From a virus: a DNA stretch of 64,000 nt. The stretch spans positions 6,648 through 70,647 of the IMG/VR virus record IMGVR_UViG_3300046791_000443, one strand, 5' to 3'. A program made the position numbers and the translations under genes. The notes under the pieces were generated by a model. It searched no databases and was not told where the DNA came from. It saw only the letters and a program-made list of their open reading frames with translations. Positions within the stretch are counted from its first letter, which is position 1; every line of letters starts with the position of its first letter. Positions 10,277 to 20,300 of this stretch are shown here, one piece after another.

Positions 10277-10906
10277 CTAGGCGATGCCGACTGGGCCGGC
10301 ACCGTTGGTGCGCTGCCACTCGTTGTTGAAGCCGACGATGACCTGGTTGTAGGCCGTGGTCGGATCGGCTCCTGGGGCTCCCGGCGGGAAGGTGCGGAGG
10401 TCGCGCACGATGAACGGGAACGTCGCCGTCGTGCCGAGCGAGTTGAGGAAGGCGCCGGAGCGGCCGGTGTTGACGTTGCCGGTGCCGATCGCGAACTGGG
10501 CATACTGGCCGATCGGGGAGGTGCCCCAGGCGCCGAGCGTGCCGCTGATGTTGAAGGTGGTGCCGTTGCCCATGACGACGAACTGGGCGTTGGGGTCGTC
10601 GATGATGTGGGCGCTGACATCACCGTTGGCGTTGGAGCCGGGCCAGTAGTTGGCCCACACCTTGCGCTTCTCGGAGACCGAGAGGTACTCGCAGCCATTG
10701 AAGATGCCGTCGATGCGGGTCGTGCCTGGCGCGCCCTGGGTGATGTACCCGGTCGCGGCGCCGATCACCGGCATCACCGGGTCGCCAGAAAAGATTGGGG
10801 TCGCGTTGCCCGCGGCTACCTTGCGAATGACTTCAGCGAAGGTCGGCACGCCACCCGAGCCGCCGTACCACTGCTGGAAGCCGTTTGGCGCATTGAAATT
10901 CGCCAT
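10277..10906 (-). CDS. Head decoration / minor capsid protein
   Basis: MAN.NAP.GF, IFSGDPV, G.F.GCEY, DDPN motifs; directly upstream of the capsid gene. Confidence 0.7.
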   Translation of the reverse strand: MANFNAPNGFQQWYGGSGGVPTFAEVIRKVAAGNATPIFSGDPVMPVIGAATGYITQGAPGTTRIDGIFNGCEYLSVSEKRKVWANYWPGSNANGDVSAHIIDDPNAQFVVMGNGTTFNISGTLGAWGTSPIGQYAQFAIGTGNVNTGRSGAFLNSLGTTATFPFIVRDLRTFPPGAPGADPTTAYNQVIVGFNNEWQRTNGAGPVGIA

Positions 10907-11040
10907 GACGGAATGCTCCTTTCGGAAGCTCCATCATCGCGCGCCGGGGCGACTATAGGGGCCGGGAAACTTAGACGCTCCCACACCGGGGGGAGCACAA
11001 GCGGGTGCAATCTGCCCCCGATACGGGGGCCTTGTAAAGC
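10907..11040 (-). promoter_or_regulatory. Putative promoter and structured leader of the capsid operon
   Basis: Minus strand TTTACA (11038-11033), spacer palindrome GCCCCCG-TAT-CGGGGGC, further GC stems, AAAGGAG Shine-Dalgarno. Confidence 0.45.
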
Positions 11041-11042
11041 CT

Positions 11043-11681
11043 TTACGTTTTCGGGCGGTCGGTCGGGATCTGCAGCGGCTCGTAGCTGCGCTTGATGTTG
11101 ACCATGGAGTTGCCCTTGTTGTCGCGCTCGAAATGGCCAGCAGGTGCCTGGTTCATCTGCTTCTGCTTGATGTTGATCTGGTCGCGCGCACGCTGGTAGG
11201 CGTTGTTCTGGCGCACCTTCATGACCTGGGTCGGGATCTCCATCAGGATCAGCCCCTCGCGCTCGATCGCGAGATGCGTGCCGCCGACCGGCATGAACTC
11301 GGGGTGACGCTCGGCTGGCACCGGACGCCAGCCGTTGGTGGCGAGCGTGATGGCGTAGCTGCGGTCCTCGAACCCCATCACCGATTTCTTCTTCCACTCG
11401 TAGTGGAAGCCGTCAGGCGGGCCACCTTCCGGCATCGGGAACTTGTCGACGAAGTCACCGACCTGTTCATCGCGTGCCAGGATCTCGGCCGACAGCCGAT
11501 CGGCGCGCTCGCGTGAGCTCTCCTCACGCTGCTCCGAGCGCATGTCCTGGCGCATATCGTCGGCCGGGATCTCCTGGCGGCGCTCCTCGACGGTGGGGAT
11601 CGGCGCTGCCTCGGCGGCAGCTGCTTCAGGCAGATCGGCGCGAGGCGCGATGCGACGACGGCGGCGCGGCTGGTCATTCAT
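11043..11681 (-). CDS. Conserved phage head-region protein
   Basis: 212 aa; PPDGFHYEW, GWRPVPAERHPE, GLILME. Confidence 0.7.
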   Translation of the reverse strand: MNDQPRRRRRIAPRADLPEAAAAEAAPIPTVEERRQEIPADDMRQDMRSEQREESSRERADRLSAEILARDEQVGDFVDKFPMPEGGPPDGFHYEWKKKSVMGFEDRSYAITLATNGWRPVPAERHPEFMPVGGTHLAIEREGLILMEIPTQVMKVRQNNAYQRARDQINIKQKQMNQAPAGHFERDNKGNSMVNIKRSYEPLQIPTDRPKT

Positions 11682-11690
11682 GTGAAACTC

Positions 11691-12533
11691 CTAGTGCCGC
11701 GTGATGCGGCCTTCCTTGACCAAGGCGTCCTGGGCGTCGGCGTACTCCTGGTCGGTCTGGCCGGCGATCTTGGCCGCCTCGCGCTCCAGGGGCGACAGGG
11801 TGCGGATGCGACCGCCACCACCGCCACGCGGTGGCGCTGCCGGCGGCGGCGTGTCGCGCTGCTTGATGGCGGCTGCCGACAGCGCGCCGTTGTCTTCGGT
11901 GTCGGCACCGTTACGGGGCGGCGCCGTCGTGACCTCGAGCATGCGCTCGATGTCGCTGAAGTAGTCCGGCGTGTCGGCAATCTTGCCACGCGCCAGGGCG
12001 GCGTTGTGGGCGCCCACCAGGGCGTTCACGTTGGCCTCGCTCTGGGCCCACTCGGGATGGCTCCGCACCCAGGCGGCCGACAGCGGGCTGAGACCGTTGG
12101 CGATGCGATCGACGCGCTCCTTCATCGACAGCGAATTGAACGGCCGCGTGTCCTGGGCGGGCGCCGGCGGGTTCTCGATCTGGTGCTGGAGCTGCGCCTT
12201 GCCGTTCTCCAGGCTCAGGAGGCGGGCACCAACGTCGCTCATCTCCATCGTGATCTCGGCCACCGCATCGTGGTCGCCCTCGGCCGAGGCGTTGCGCAGA
12301 CGATCGCGCAGGATGTCGCGGTTGGTCTTGATCTGGTCGATCGAGCTGTCGAGCACCTGCAGACGGTTGCGCTGGATCTCGTTGCCGGCGTTGCCCGCCG
12401 CCTGGGCGCTGCGATCGGCGCGGGTCTCGGCAGCGGAGGCCCGGCCCTCGGCCTCGAGGCGCGCGTTGCGCTCCTCCTCGAGCTTGGCCTTCAGTGTCTC
12501 GATGCTTTCATCTACCTGGTCGTTGTCAGCCAT
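11691..12533 (-). CDS. Putative scaffolding protein
   Basis: Acidic, coiled-coil, C-terminal LSPLEREAAKIAG...EYA; start taken at MADNDQ. Confidence 0.65.
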   Translation of the reverse strand: MADNDQVDESIETLKAKLEEERNARLEAEGRASAAETRADRSAQAAGNAGNEIQRNRLQVLDSSIDQIKTNRDILRDRLRNASAEGDHDAVAEITMEMSDVGARLLSLENGKAQLQHQIENPPAPAQDTRPFNSLSMKERVDRIANGLSPLSAAWVRSHPEWAQSEANVNALVGAHNAALARGKIADTPDYFSDIERMLEVTTAPPRNGADTEDNGALSAAAIKQRDTPPPAAPPRGGGGGRIRTLSPLEREAAKIAGQTDQEYADAQDALVKEGRITRH

Positions 12534-12538
12534 GATGA

Positions 12539-12928
12539 TCACCACACGATGTCTGGATAAGGGATCTTCATGCGCACGGCGGTGTCGTTCATCATCCGGC
12601 ACTTCGCCTTGTTCAGGCTGAGCTGCCAGGTGTCACCAGGGCGGGCAATGATCCAGTCTCCCACCTCGGGTCCACCGTTCGTGAACCACTTGCCGTCGGA
12701 CGCAAAAGCTTGCGGCCCAACCTTGAGGATGAGCATGGCCTTGCCCTGGTACTCGTCTTCACGCTGGGCTGCAACGCCGGTGTAGACGCCGCCCTTGGTC
12801 TTCTCGGAGCGGACGTAGATCGCGACCAGTACCTGGTTGTTGTAGACCTCGACCTCGCTGAGATCCCCGACCTGTTTCAGCAGCTCCATCGCCGGGTCTT
12901 TGTCATGCTCCATCCGCATGGCAGTCAT
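12539..12928 (-). CDS. groES: GroES/Cpn10-like co-chaperonin
   Basis: NQVLV...EKTKGGVY mobile loop, LKVGP, VGDWI, R.MND motifs. Confidence 0.8.
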   Translation of the reverse strand: MTAMRMEHDKDPAMELLKQVGDLSEVEVYNNQVLVAIYVRSEKTKGGVYTGVAAQREDEYQGKAMLILKVGPQAFASDGKWFTNGGPEVGDWIIARPGDTWQLSLNKAKCRMMNDTAVRMKIPYPDIVW

Positions 12929-12931
12929 TGG

Positions 12932-13129
12932 TTAGCCCTTCTGGATATCTACCAGGGCCTGGCCGAGGAAATCCTTCGCCAATCGCAGCCCCGCTATGAT
13001 GCCGCAATGGTACTTGTAGTCGGCGTGGCTCTGCAACTGCCCAGATGACAGCGTCGCGGTGCTGTCCGCGAGCGCCTGGTCGATCAGCATCTGCGTGCGC
13101 TGCTCGACCCGCTGGTCAAAGGACGACAT
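12932..13129 (-). CDS. Small conserved phage protein
   Basis: 65 aa, DYKYHCGIIAGL; coupled to neighbours, usual position before phage groES. Confidence 0.65.
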   Translation of the reverse strand: MSSFDQRVEQRTQMLIDQALADSTATLSSGQLQSHADYKYHCGIIAGLRLAKDFLGQALVDIQKG

Positions 13130-14313
13130 CAGCTCCTGAAGCCTGGCGTGTGCTGGCCTTCCTTGTGGACCTTGCGCAGGCGGCCCAGGGCCGAACCTGC
13201 ACCGGCATCCTTGCTCATGTAGCCGGTACGGCCACCGCGGGCGCGCGGCATGCCTGGGGGCATGTCAGGTGGCCCCCCAGGCGGGGGGCCCATGGGAGGA
13301 CCACCTGGCGGCGGCCCAGGAGGGGGGCCGCCCATGCCCGGCGGCGGACCAGGCGGCATCGCCTGGGGCGGCGGCGGGGGCGGGCGCACCGGCGCCTGGG
13401 GCGGCGGTGTGTTGGGCTGCTGGCCGCCACCTGGGCTGCCGATGATGATGTTGATGTTGGTCTTGCCCTTGGTGCGACCTCCCTTGGCGCGTTTCTCGCG
13501 CAGGGTCTTCTGGTCTGCATCCTTCGGCCGGGTCGCGTCCTTGACGGTAGCCGCGATCTCGCGCTGCTTGTCGCTCAGCGGGACCATGCGCTCGCTGGCG
13601 CCGCCATTGGCACGCTCGACGCGGCCACCGGCACTGTCAGCCCCGCCGCCCTTCTTCAGGCCCTTGGTGAGCTTGCCCTCGTGCATCTGCTTGTCGTGTT
13701 TGTGGATCGCGGTCTTGATCTCGGCCTTGTCCTGTTTCTTGTCGTCGGCCTTGCCGCCCTTGCTGTGCAGCGTCACGCCGGCCGGGCGCATCGGCGGATC
13801 ATCCGACTTCTCACGGGCGCGCTTGCTCGCCTCGTACTTCTCCATCGCGCCCTCGCGCGGCGGCAGGTACTCGACGCGCTTGGTGCGGATCTGCATCAGC
13901 GGATCGACCACGGGCTTCTTGTCGGCCTTGCCGCCCTTGGCCTTCTCGGCCCGGCCGCCCTTGTTCATCGAGCCGCCGCCGCACTTCTCGGCGCGGCCGC
14001 CGCCTTTGTAGCCACCCTCGTGGAAGCTGCCCTTGGCCTTCTTGTTCTCGTCGGGCACGTTGGTCATCGACAGCGCACCTCCGTTGGCGCGCGGCTCCTT
14101 GCCAGCGTTCACCGGGCCACGATCGCCCTGGACCCGTCCGCCGGCCTTGTAGATCCGCGCCCGCAGCGGCCTGGCGCCGGTTTTCTTGTCGGCATGGAGC
14201 GGCTCGCTGGGCGACCAGGAGCTGGCGTCGACCTTGGTCGGGGACTTGGCGTTGGCCATTTTATTGGCCTTCGCGCGCATCTCAGAGCGGGCTTTCTTCG
14301 CCATAGCTGACAT
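13129..14313 (-). CDS. Basic low-complexity protein with many xxGG motifs and a Pro-rich tail (putative internal head protein)
   Basis: YKAGGRV, RANGGAL, KAKGGKA, RAKGGRT, RARGGRT; start taken at MSAMAKK. Confidence 0.7.
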   Translation of the reverse strand: MSAMAKKARSEMRAKANKMANAKSPTKVDASSWSPSEPLHADKKTGARPLRARIYKAGGRVQGDRGPVNAGKEPRANGGALSMTNVPDENKKAKGSFHEGGYKGGGRAEKCGGGSMNKGGRAEKAKGGKADKKPVVDPLMQIRTKRVEYLPPREGAMEKYEASKRAREKSDDPPMRPAGVTLHSKGGKADDKKQDKAEIKTAIHKHDKQMHEGKLTKGLKKGGGADSAGGRVERANGGASERMVPLSDKQREIAATVKDATRPKDADQKTLREKRAKGGRTKGKTNINIIIGSPGGGQQPNTPPPQAPVRPPPPPPQAMPPGPPPGMGGPPPGPPPGGPPMGPPPGGPPDMPPGMPRARGGRTGYMSKDAGAGSALGRLRKVHKEGQHTPGFRS

Positions 14314-14350
14314 GGGCTCTACCTCGCAGGCCTGGTGTAACGGGGTCTTA

Positions 14351-17300
14351 TCACGCCTCGCCGCCCTCTGCATAGCGACCGGCGACGTCGATCACCCGGC
14401 GGATCTTGCGGTGGAAGTTCTCGCTGATGCGTTCGCCAACGCGGCCGCCGTCAGCGAAGCTGCGCTGACCCCTGCGGATGCTGGCCCGCATCGCCGGCGT
14501 CACATCGAGCTCGTGCAGGCTGTAGCTGTCGCCGCTCTTGCGGCGAAAGTGCTCGGCAAAGTGCTGCTCGCGCATCTCCGGCGTGAGGGCGCGCCAGTAG
14601 GTGTCCTGGGCGTCGGGGTCGACACCGAGCTCGTTCATGACCTCGGTGCCGCTGGCGCCCTCGGGTGGCTTCTTCAGCTTGAAGCCGCCCAGCTTCACCT
14701 CGGCCTTGGGGTCGTGCATGCGGGCGAGCTTCTCGAGCCGCTTGGGCACGATCTTGTCGTAGTAGCCGTTCATCCCCTCGCCGCCGACCTTGAGATCCAT
14801 GCCGCTGTAGGTCTTGGTCTGGTCGGGCTCGGCCTCCTTCATCACCCGCTCGGCCAGCTCGTGGCCGATGACGCCGGGCAGATCCTTCGGCTGATGATTG
14901 CCGTAGTGAACCTGGTTCTCATTCTTGTCGAACGCCCAGATCTCATGGAAGTCGTTAAGGGCTCGTTTGTGCGCGACAATCCTGCTGATCTGTTTGCTGA
15001 GATCGTAGCGATCGGCCTGGTCCTTGCCTCGCGTGAACACGATCTTCTGGTAGTTACCCGCCGCCGCCTCGTGCAGCACGCGCTTCAGCGCCAGGTCGGT
15101 CCACTTCTCGGTGCTCTCGATGAAGGGCGCCCGCGGCGTGCCGTACTTGGCCTCGCGATTGCGATCGCTGTAGGCGCCACCGAAGCGATCGTCGGGGCTC
15201 TCCTTCAACGCCTTGGCATGGATGTCGTCCAGGCTCAGCGGTGCGAAGGCGTAGTGCCAGTCCTTCTGGCCCTTCATCCGGTGGCGCGTGTAGGGCGCAT
15301 CGTCGGCCAGGCCGTTCTCCTTGCGCCAGGGCACGGCGTGGTCCTTGATGATGCCGGCACCGAGATCCTCCTCGGCCTGCTGCGGCGTTACATGCTCGTG
15401 CTCGATCTCGTCCTTCGTGAGCGGCGGCTTGCGGAAGCCCTTGTCGCGCCCTTCCTGGCCCCAGTCGCTCTGGATCTCCTCGACATGCAGGATCTTCTCG
15501 CCGTTGGGCCCGGTGCGATCGCTCATGCGCAGGTGGAACAGCGGGTTCCGCTGATCCCAGTGGCCCGACTTGTAACTGACGCTGTTCTCGTATGCCCTGA
15601 GTTCGTCAGTCGTCTCGGCAAGCTGATCGGTCGCCGCGGTGTGCTCCCTGGACGCCGCCACGAAGGCATCGTGCGAGGCGTCGGACTGCTCGTGCTTGTG
15701 TCGCGCTGCCGCGCGCACCTTGGCCTTCGCCGCCTCGGAGCGGCGCGCCATGGCGGCTGTCATCGCGTTCTTGAGCTCCTGCGTCGTCATGTCGTGCTCT
15801 ATCGGCATGTGGGTTACCACCTCACGGTAGTTCTCGCCCTCCGGCAGCTGGTAGCCCTCGTACTTGGCCGGGCCGATGTTGCCGAAGTCGTTGACGCCGC
15901 GTGAGCGCATCGGCTCGGTGCTGCCGAGCGTCGTCTCCTCGAGCTTCGGCATGTTGTTCAGGAAGTGGTCGCGCACCTCCTTCTTGGTCACGAAGTCACG
16001 GCCGGCGAAGGCCTGGTCGTAGCCCGTCCACTTGAACTCGTCAGGCTTGACGCCGTGCTTGTTGATCAGCGTCGACTTGAACTGCGCCGGGCTCGCCTTC
16101 ATCTGCGGCTGCTTCCACACCGCCTCGGCAGCATGACTGTAGAGCCCGATCGGGGAGAGCTCGCGCTGGTAGTCGTCGACCGGTGCAGGCGGCGGCACGG
16201 GCGTCGGGTCCGTTACGGCACCACCACTGGCGTAGGCGCGCTGGCCCTTGAGGATGCTGGCCTTCATCTTCGGTGTGAGATCGAGCGCGTGCAGCTTCGG
16301 CACTGCCTTGGCCTCGAGCTCGGCCATCTGCGCTCGAGCTTTCTTCTCGTCCTGTGTGACTGGCGTCACATATTCATCTTTCTCAATATCACGCACCCTG
16401 AGATTGCTCAGCACACCCCCGCGATTGGTGAACGACAGCGTGTACTTATCGTGGCCCTTCACCGGATGCGCGTGCAGCTTCACCTCGGCCGCGGGGTCGT
16501 GCTGCTTCGCCAGCTTCTCGAGCGCCCTGGGCACGATCTTGTCGTAGTAGCCCTTCATGCCTTCGCCGCCGACCTTGAGATCGTCGCCACCGAGAATGTG
16601 CGTTCCCGTGCTGGGCAGCTTATTGTCGGGATGCATCAGTTTTTCCGCGACTTCGCGGCCGACGTACTTGTGCAGATCCTCCGGCGTCACGTTGCCCTCG
16701 TTGATCGGCATGCCGCCCTTATGATCGTAGGCAACGAGGGCGTTGTTATCGGAAGAGTAGTGGATCTCTTTGACCTGTTTGCTGAGATCGTAACGCTTGG
16801 CCTGCTCCTCACCCGGCGTGAACACGATGCGATCGTAACCGCCCTTGGCGGCCTCGTGCAGCACGCGCTTGAGGCCGAGCTCGGTCCACTTGCCGGTGTT
16901 GTCGATGTAGGGCGCCGGCGGGACACCATTCTTCTCGGCCGGCGTGGTGAGCTCTGATGCGTAACGTTCTGCTTGCTCTCGATCGTAGTATGCCATCCGG
17001 CGCTGTCCGTTAACAAATACACCGAACGCCGGGCGCCCCTCGAAATTGATCTCACGGATTTCATGAGGCGGCGGTCTGTCAGCACCACTCGCGATACCAT
17101 GGTCGCGCGCCGCCTGGCCCCAGTCGCTCTGCAGCTCCTCGACATGCAGCACCTTCAGCGGCTTGCGCACCTTCTTGAGCTCGAGGCCGGCGTGCAGCTT
17201 CGCCGGCAGGGTCGCCAGGTGTGCCCGCGCCTCCTCCTCGCTGTTGAAGGTCTTGGTCCGGTTACCCGACAGCTTGTTCTGCCAGGCGTACTTCACCACC

Positions 17301-20300
17301 ATCGGCCCGGCACGATCGCTCATGCGGAGGTGCAACAGCGCGTTTTTCTCATCCCAGTGTGATGACTTGTAGCCCTCATGCGACGCATCAAACCGGCGCG
17401 TGATGTCAGCCAGGCGATCGCTCTCTTCCGGCGTCAGCGTCGCCTGTCGCTTCTGCAGCCTGTCTGCTTCGCTGAGCTCCTCTCGGGTCAGCCCCTTGTG
17501 GGGCATGTGCAGCACGACCTCGCGATAGTTCTGGCCACCCGGCAGCTGGTAGTCGCTGTATTTTACGCCGCCCTCTTCACCATCGTCGCCCATGCGATCG
17601 TAACGGCCCTCCTGGTACTGCTTCTCCTCGACCCCCGGCATGTTCTGCAGGAAGTGGTCGCGCACCTCGCGCTTGGTCACCATGTCGCGACCGGCGAAGG
17701 CGCGGTCATAGTTGCTCCACTTGAACTCGTCGGGCTTCACGTTGTGCTTGTTGATCAGCGTCGACTTGAACTGCGCCGGCGAGGCCTTCATCTGCGGCTG
17801 CTTCCACACCGCCTCGGCAGCGTGTGAGTAGAGGCCGAGCGGGTTGACCTGGCGCTGGTAGTCGTCGACTGGCGCTGCAGGCGCCGTCGGCTCCGGCGGC
17901 TGGTTGTGGCCCATAGGAGGTGGTGCCTGGACGGGGCCACCGTCGGCGCGCTTCTTCCAGGTGAGCTTCGGACTGATCGCTGACCTGGCATGCTGCGGAT
18001 GGAAGAGGCGGTACTCCTTCTCCATCGCGGTGACATTGTTTCCGTTGTGGATGGCGCCGTCGTAGCCCGCCTTCACCGCCGCGCGCACGAACTTGGGATC
18101 GTCGAGCACCGGATAGGCGTCCAGATAAAGCTGGCGGTGGCCGTCGGGGTTTTTCTTCAGGAAGTCATCGACGCTGTCGTACTTGTTGTCGGCGTTGACA
18201 TGCTCATGCCAGTTGCTGGTGTTCGTGACATGGTAGGCGTGCTTGCGCGCCAGGCGCCGTGCCTCGAGGCGGCCGAGCTTCTTCTCGATGTCGCCGAGCT
18301 CGACAAACGGATCGTCGGGGCTGTTGATCACCGGGTTCTCGATCTTGAGATAGGCCGGCGTCACCCTGGGCGCATCGATGTACTTGTTCCGGCTGTTGGG
18401 CTCGGTCGCGTAGGTGTTGGCGGCTTCCTTTGAGCCGAACGAGATCGAACCAGGCATTCTGGTGTGGAAGGTGGTGCTGTCGGGGTTCTCCTCGCCGTAC
18501 TCGCCGCGGTAGACGACCAGCGGCTCGCCCTTCTCATCGACCACCTTGCTGTTGCCGAACCACTGGCGCGTCTCGTCGTCGATCGGCCCGCCCATCGCGC
18601 GGGCGACGCGACCGCCGGCGGCGCGGCCCGTTATGGTGCTCCTCACCTGGTCTGGGTCGAAGACGGTGTAGATGTCGGCGTCGCCCTTGCTCTTGTCACC
18701 GACGACATGGACGCCGTCGTGGCCCTGCTTCTTCATGTCGGCCACATCGTCGGCATCCCACTCGAAATGCCGGCCCGCCGTGGCCGCGTCGATGATGTGC
18801 GGGTTCTCCAGCCTCAGATGGACCGGATAGACAGAGCTCTCTCCAAACTTGCCGGCGAACGACGGGCTGTTGCTGAAGTAGGCGGGCGTGCGGAACTTGT
18901 GGATCGACTTCTTGTAGTTGGTGGCGTGGTAGACCGTGAGCGGCTTGCCCTTCTCGTCGACCACCTTGCTCTTGCCGAACCACTTGCGGTGCTCGTCGCT
19001 GCCGACACGGCCACCTGATGCGAAGCCGTACTTCGCGTGCTGCTCCTCGGCAGCACCGACCTCGTCGGCCCACTGCGGCGTGATCTTCTGCACCGGATTG
19101 TGGAGCTGGCGGATCTTGTCCCAGGTACCGCGGCCATAGGCGTCCGCCGAGAACGGATGGGCAATCACCGGCGCCTTCTTGCCGGTCGGCGTCATCATGC
19201 GCTCGAACACCGGGTCGGACATGACATGGTGGCTCTGCAGCGGCGCCGTATCACCCCAATAACTGCCAGCGATCGGCGCCGCGCCGCGGTAGGTGCCGTG
19301 CTTCAGGCGGGTCTCTTCAGCGATGCGATCGGGATCGAAGCGGACGATGCGCGGGCCGATCGTGTTGCCCGGTGTCTCGCGCAGCTCGGGCTCGGTGATG
19401 GCCACGCGCGTGATGCCGACATGGGGCATGCCGCGCCTGTGCCACTCCTTGTTGTCCATGTGCTTGATGATCGTGGCGCGGTGCTCACCACTCAGGCCGG
19501 CAGCAAATTTTGCCGCCTCCCGAGGGTTATCGAGGCCGGGCCACTTCTTCATGATGTCGATCGCCTTGGCGCGCTGCTCCTTCGAGTTTGCCTTGCTCTC
19601 GACGATCGGAACGTGTTCGCCCCTCTTCAGCGATCGATCGAACGCTGTCTTCGTCGTGGCACTCATGCCGCTGCCCGGCATCTGCGCCATCATGGTCTCG
19701 AACATGTGGACTGAGCTGTCGCCTGACGTCGCGCCCATTGGCGCGAAGGCGCCGTAGACCGGCCCGGTCTTGGCGGCCTCCCTGATCTTGTTCTGGAGCT
19801 TGGTGGTGGCCCCTGGCGCACTCTTCCACACCGCACCAGGGTTGAGCTCGCGCATGTAGTCCATGCCAGCGTCCAGGCGAACCGGCCAGGCGAGCTTCTT
19901 GCCGTTGATGTGGGTCAGCACGCCCTGCCGGGTGCGGTCGCCACCCAGGCCGATCAGCGTGCCACCCTTGCCCTCGGTGTAGAGATGCTGCCAGGGCCGT
20001 GTGATCTTGTCCTTGGGCACGACACCACGGATCGGCTTGATGGTTTCGGTGACGTCCTTGGGCGCGATCGCGTGCTGGATGCCGTAGTAGCGATTTTCAT
20101 CAACGATGCGCGGGTTCGTCGTCACCCGGTAGGCGTTAACGATGCCCTTGGCCTTCTCGCGGCTCTCGGGACTGTCGCTGAACGGCGTATGGATCTTCTC
20201 GAGCGCCTGCATGACCGCCTGGGGGTCACGATCACGCAGCTTCTCGGCGTCGCGACCGAAGCCGGCCATCTCCATGGCCCTCAACAGGTGCTCCTGAAGC

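Noticed and set aside
15962-17870. Near-identical repeat pair as a diversity-generating retroelement template and variable region
   Set aside because: No reverse transcriptase in the window; both copies are in-frame coding and the differences are not confined to adenines
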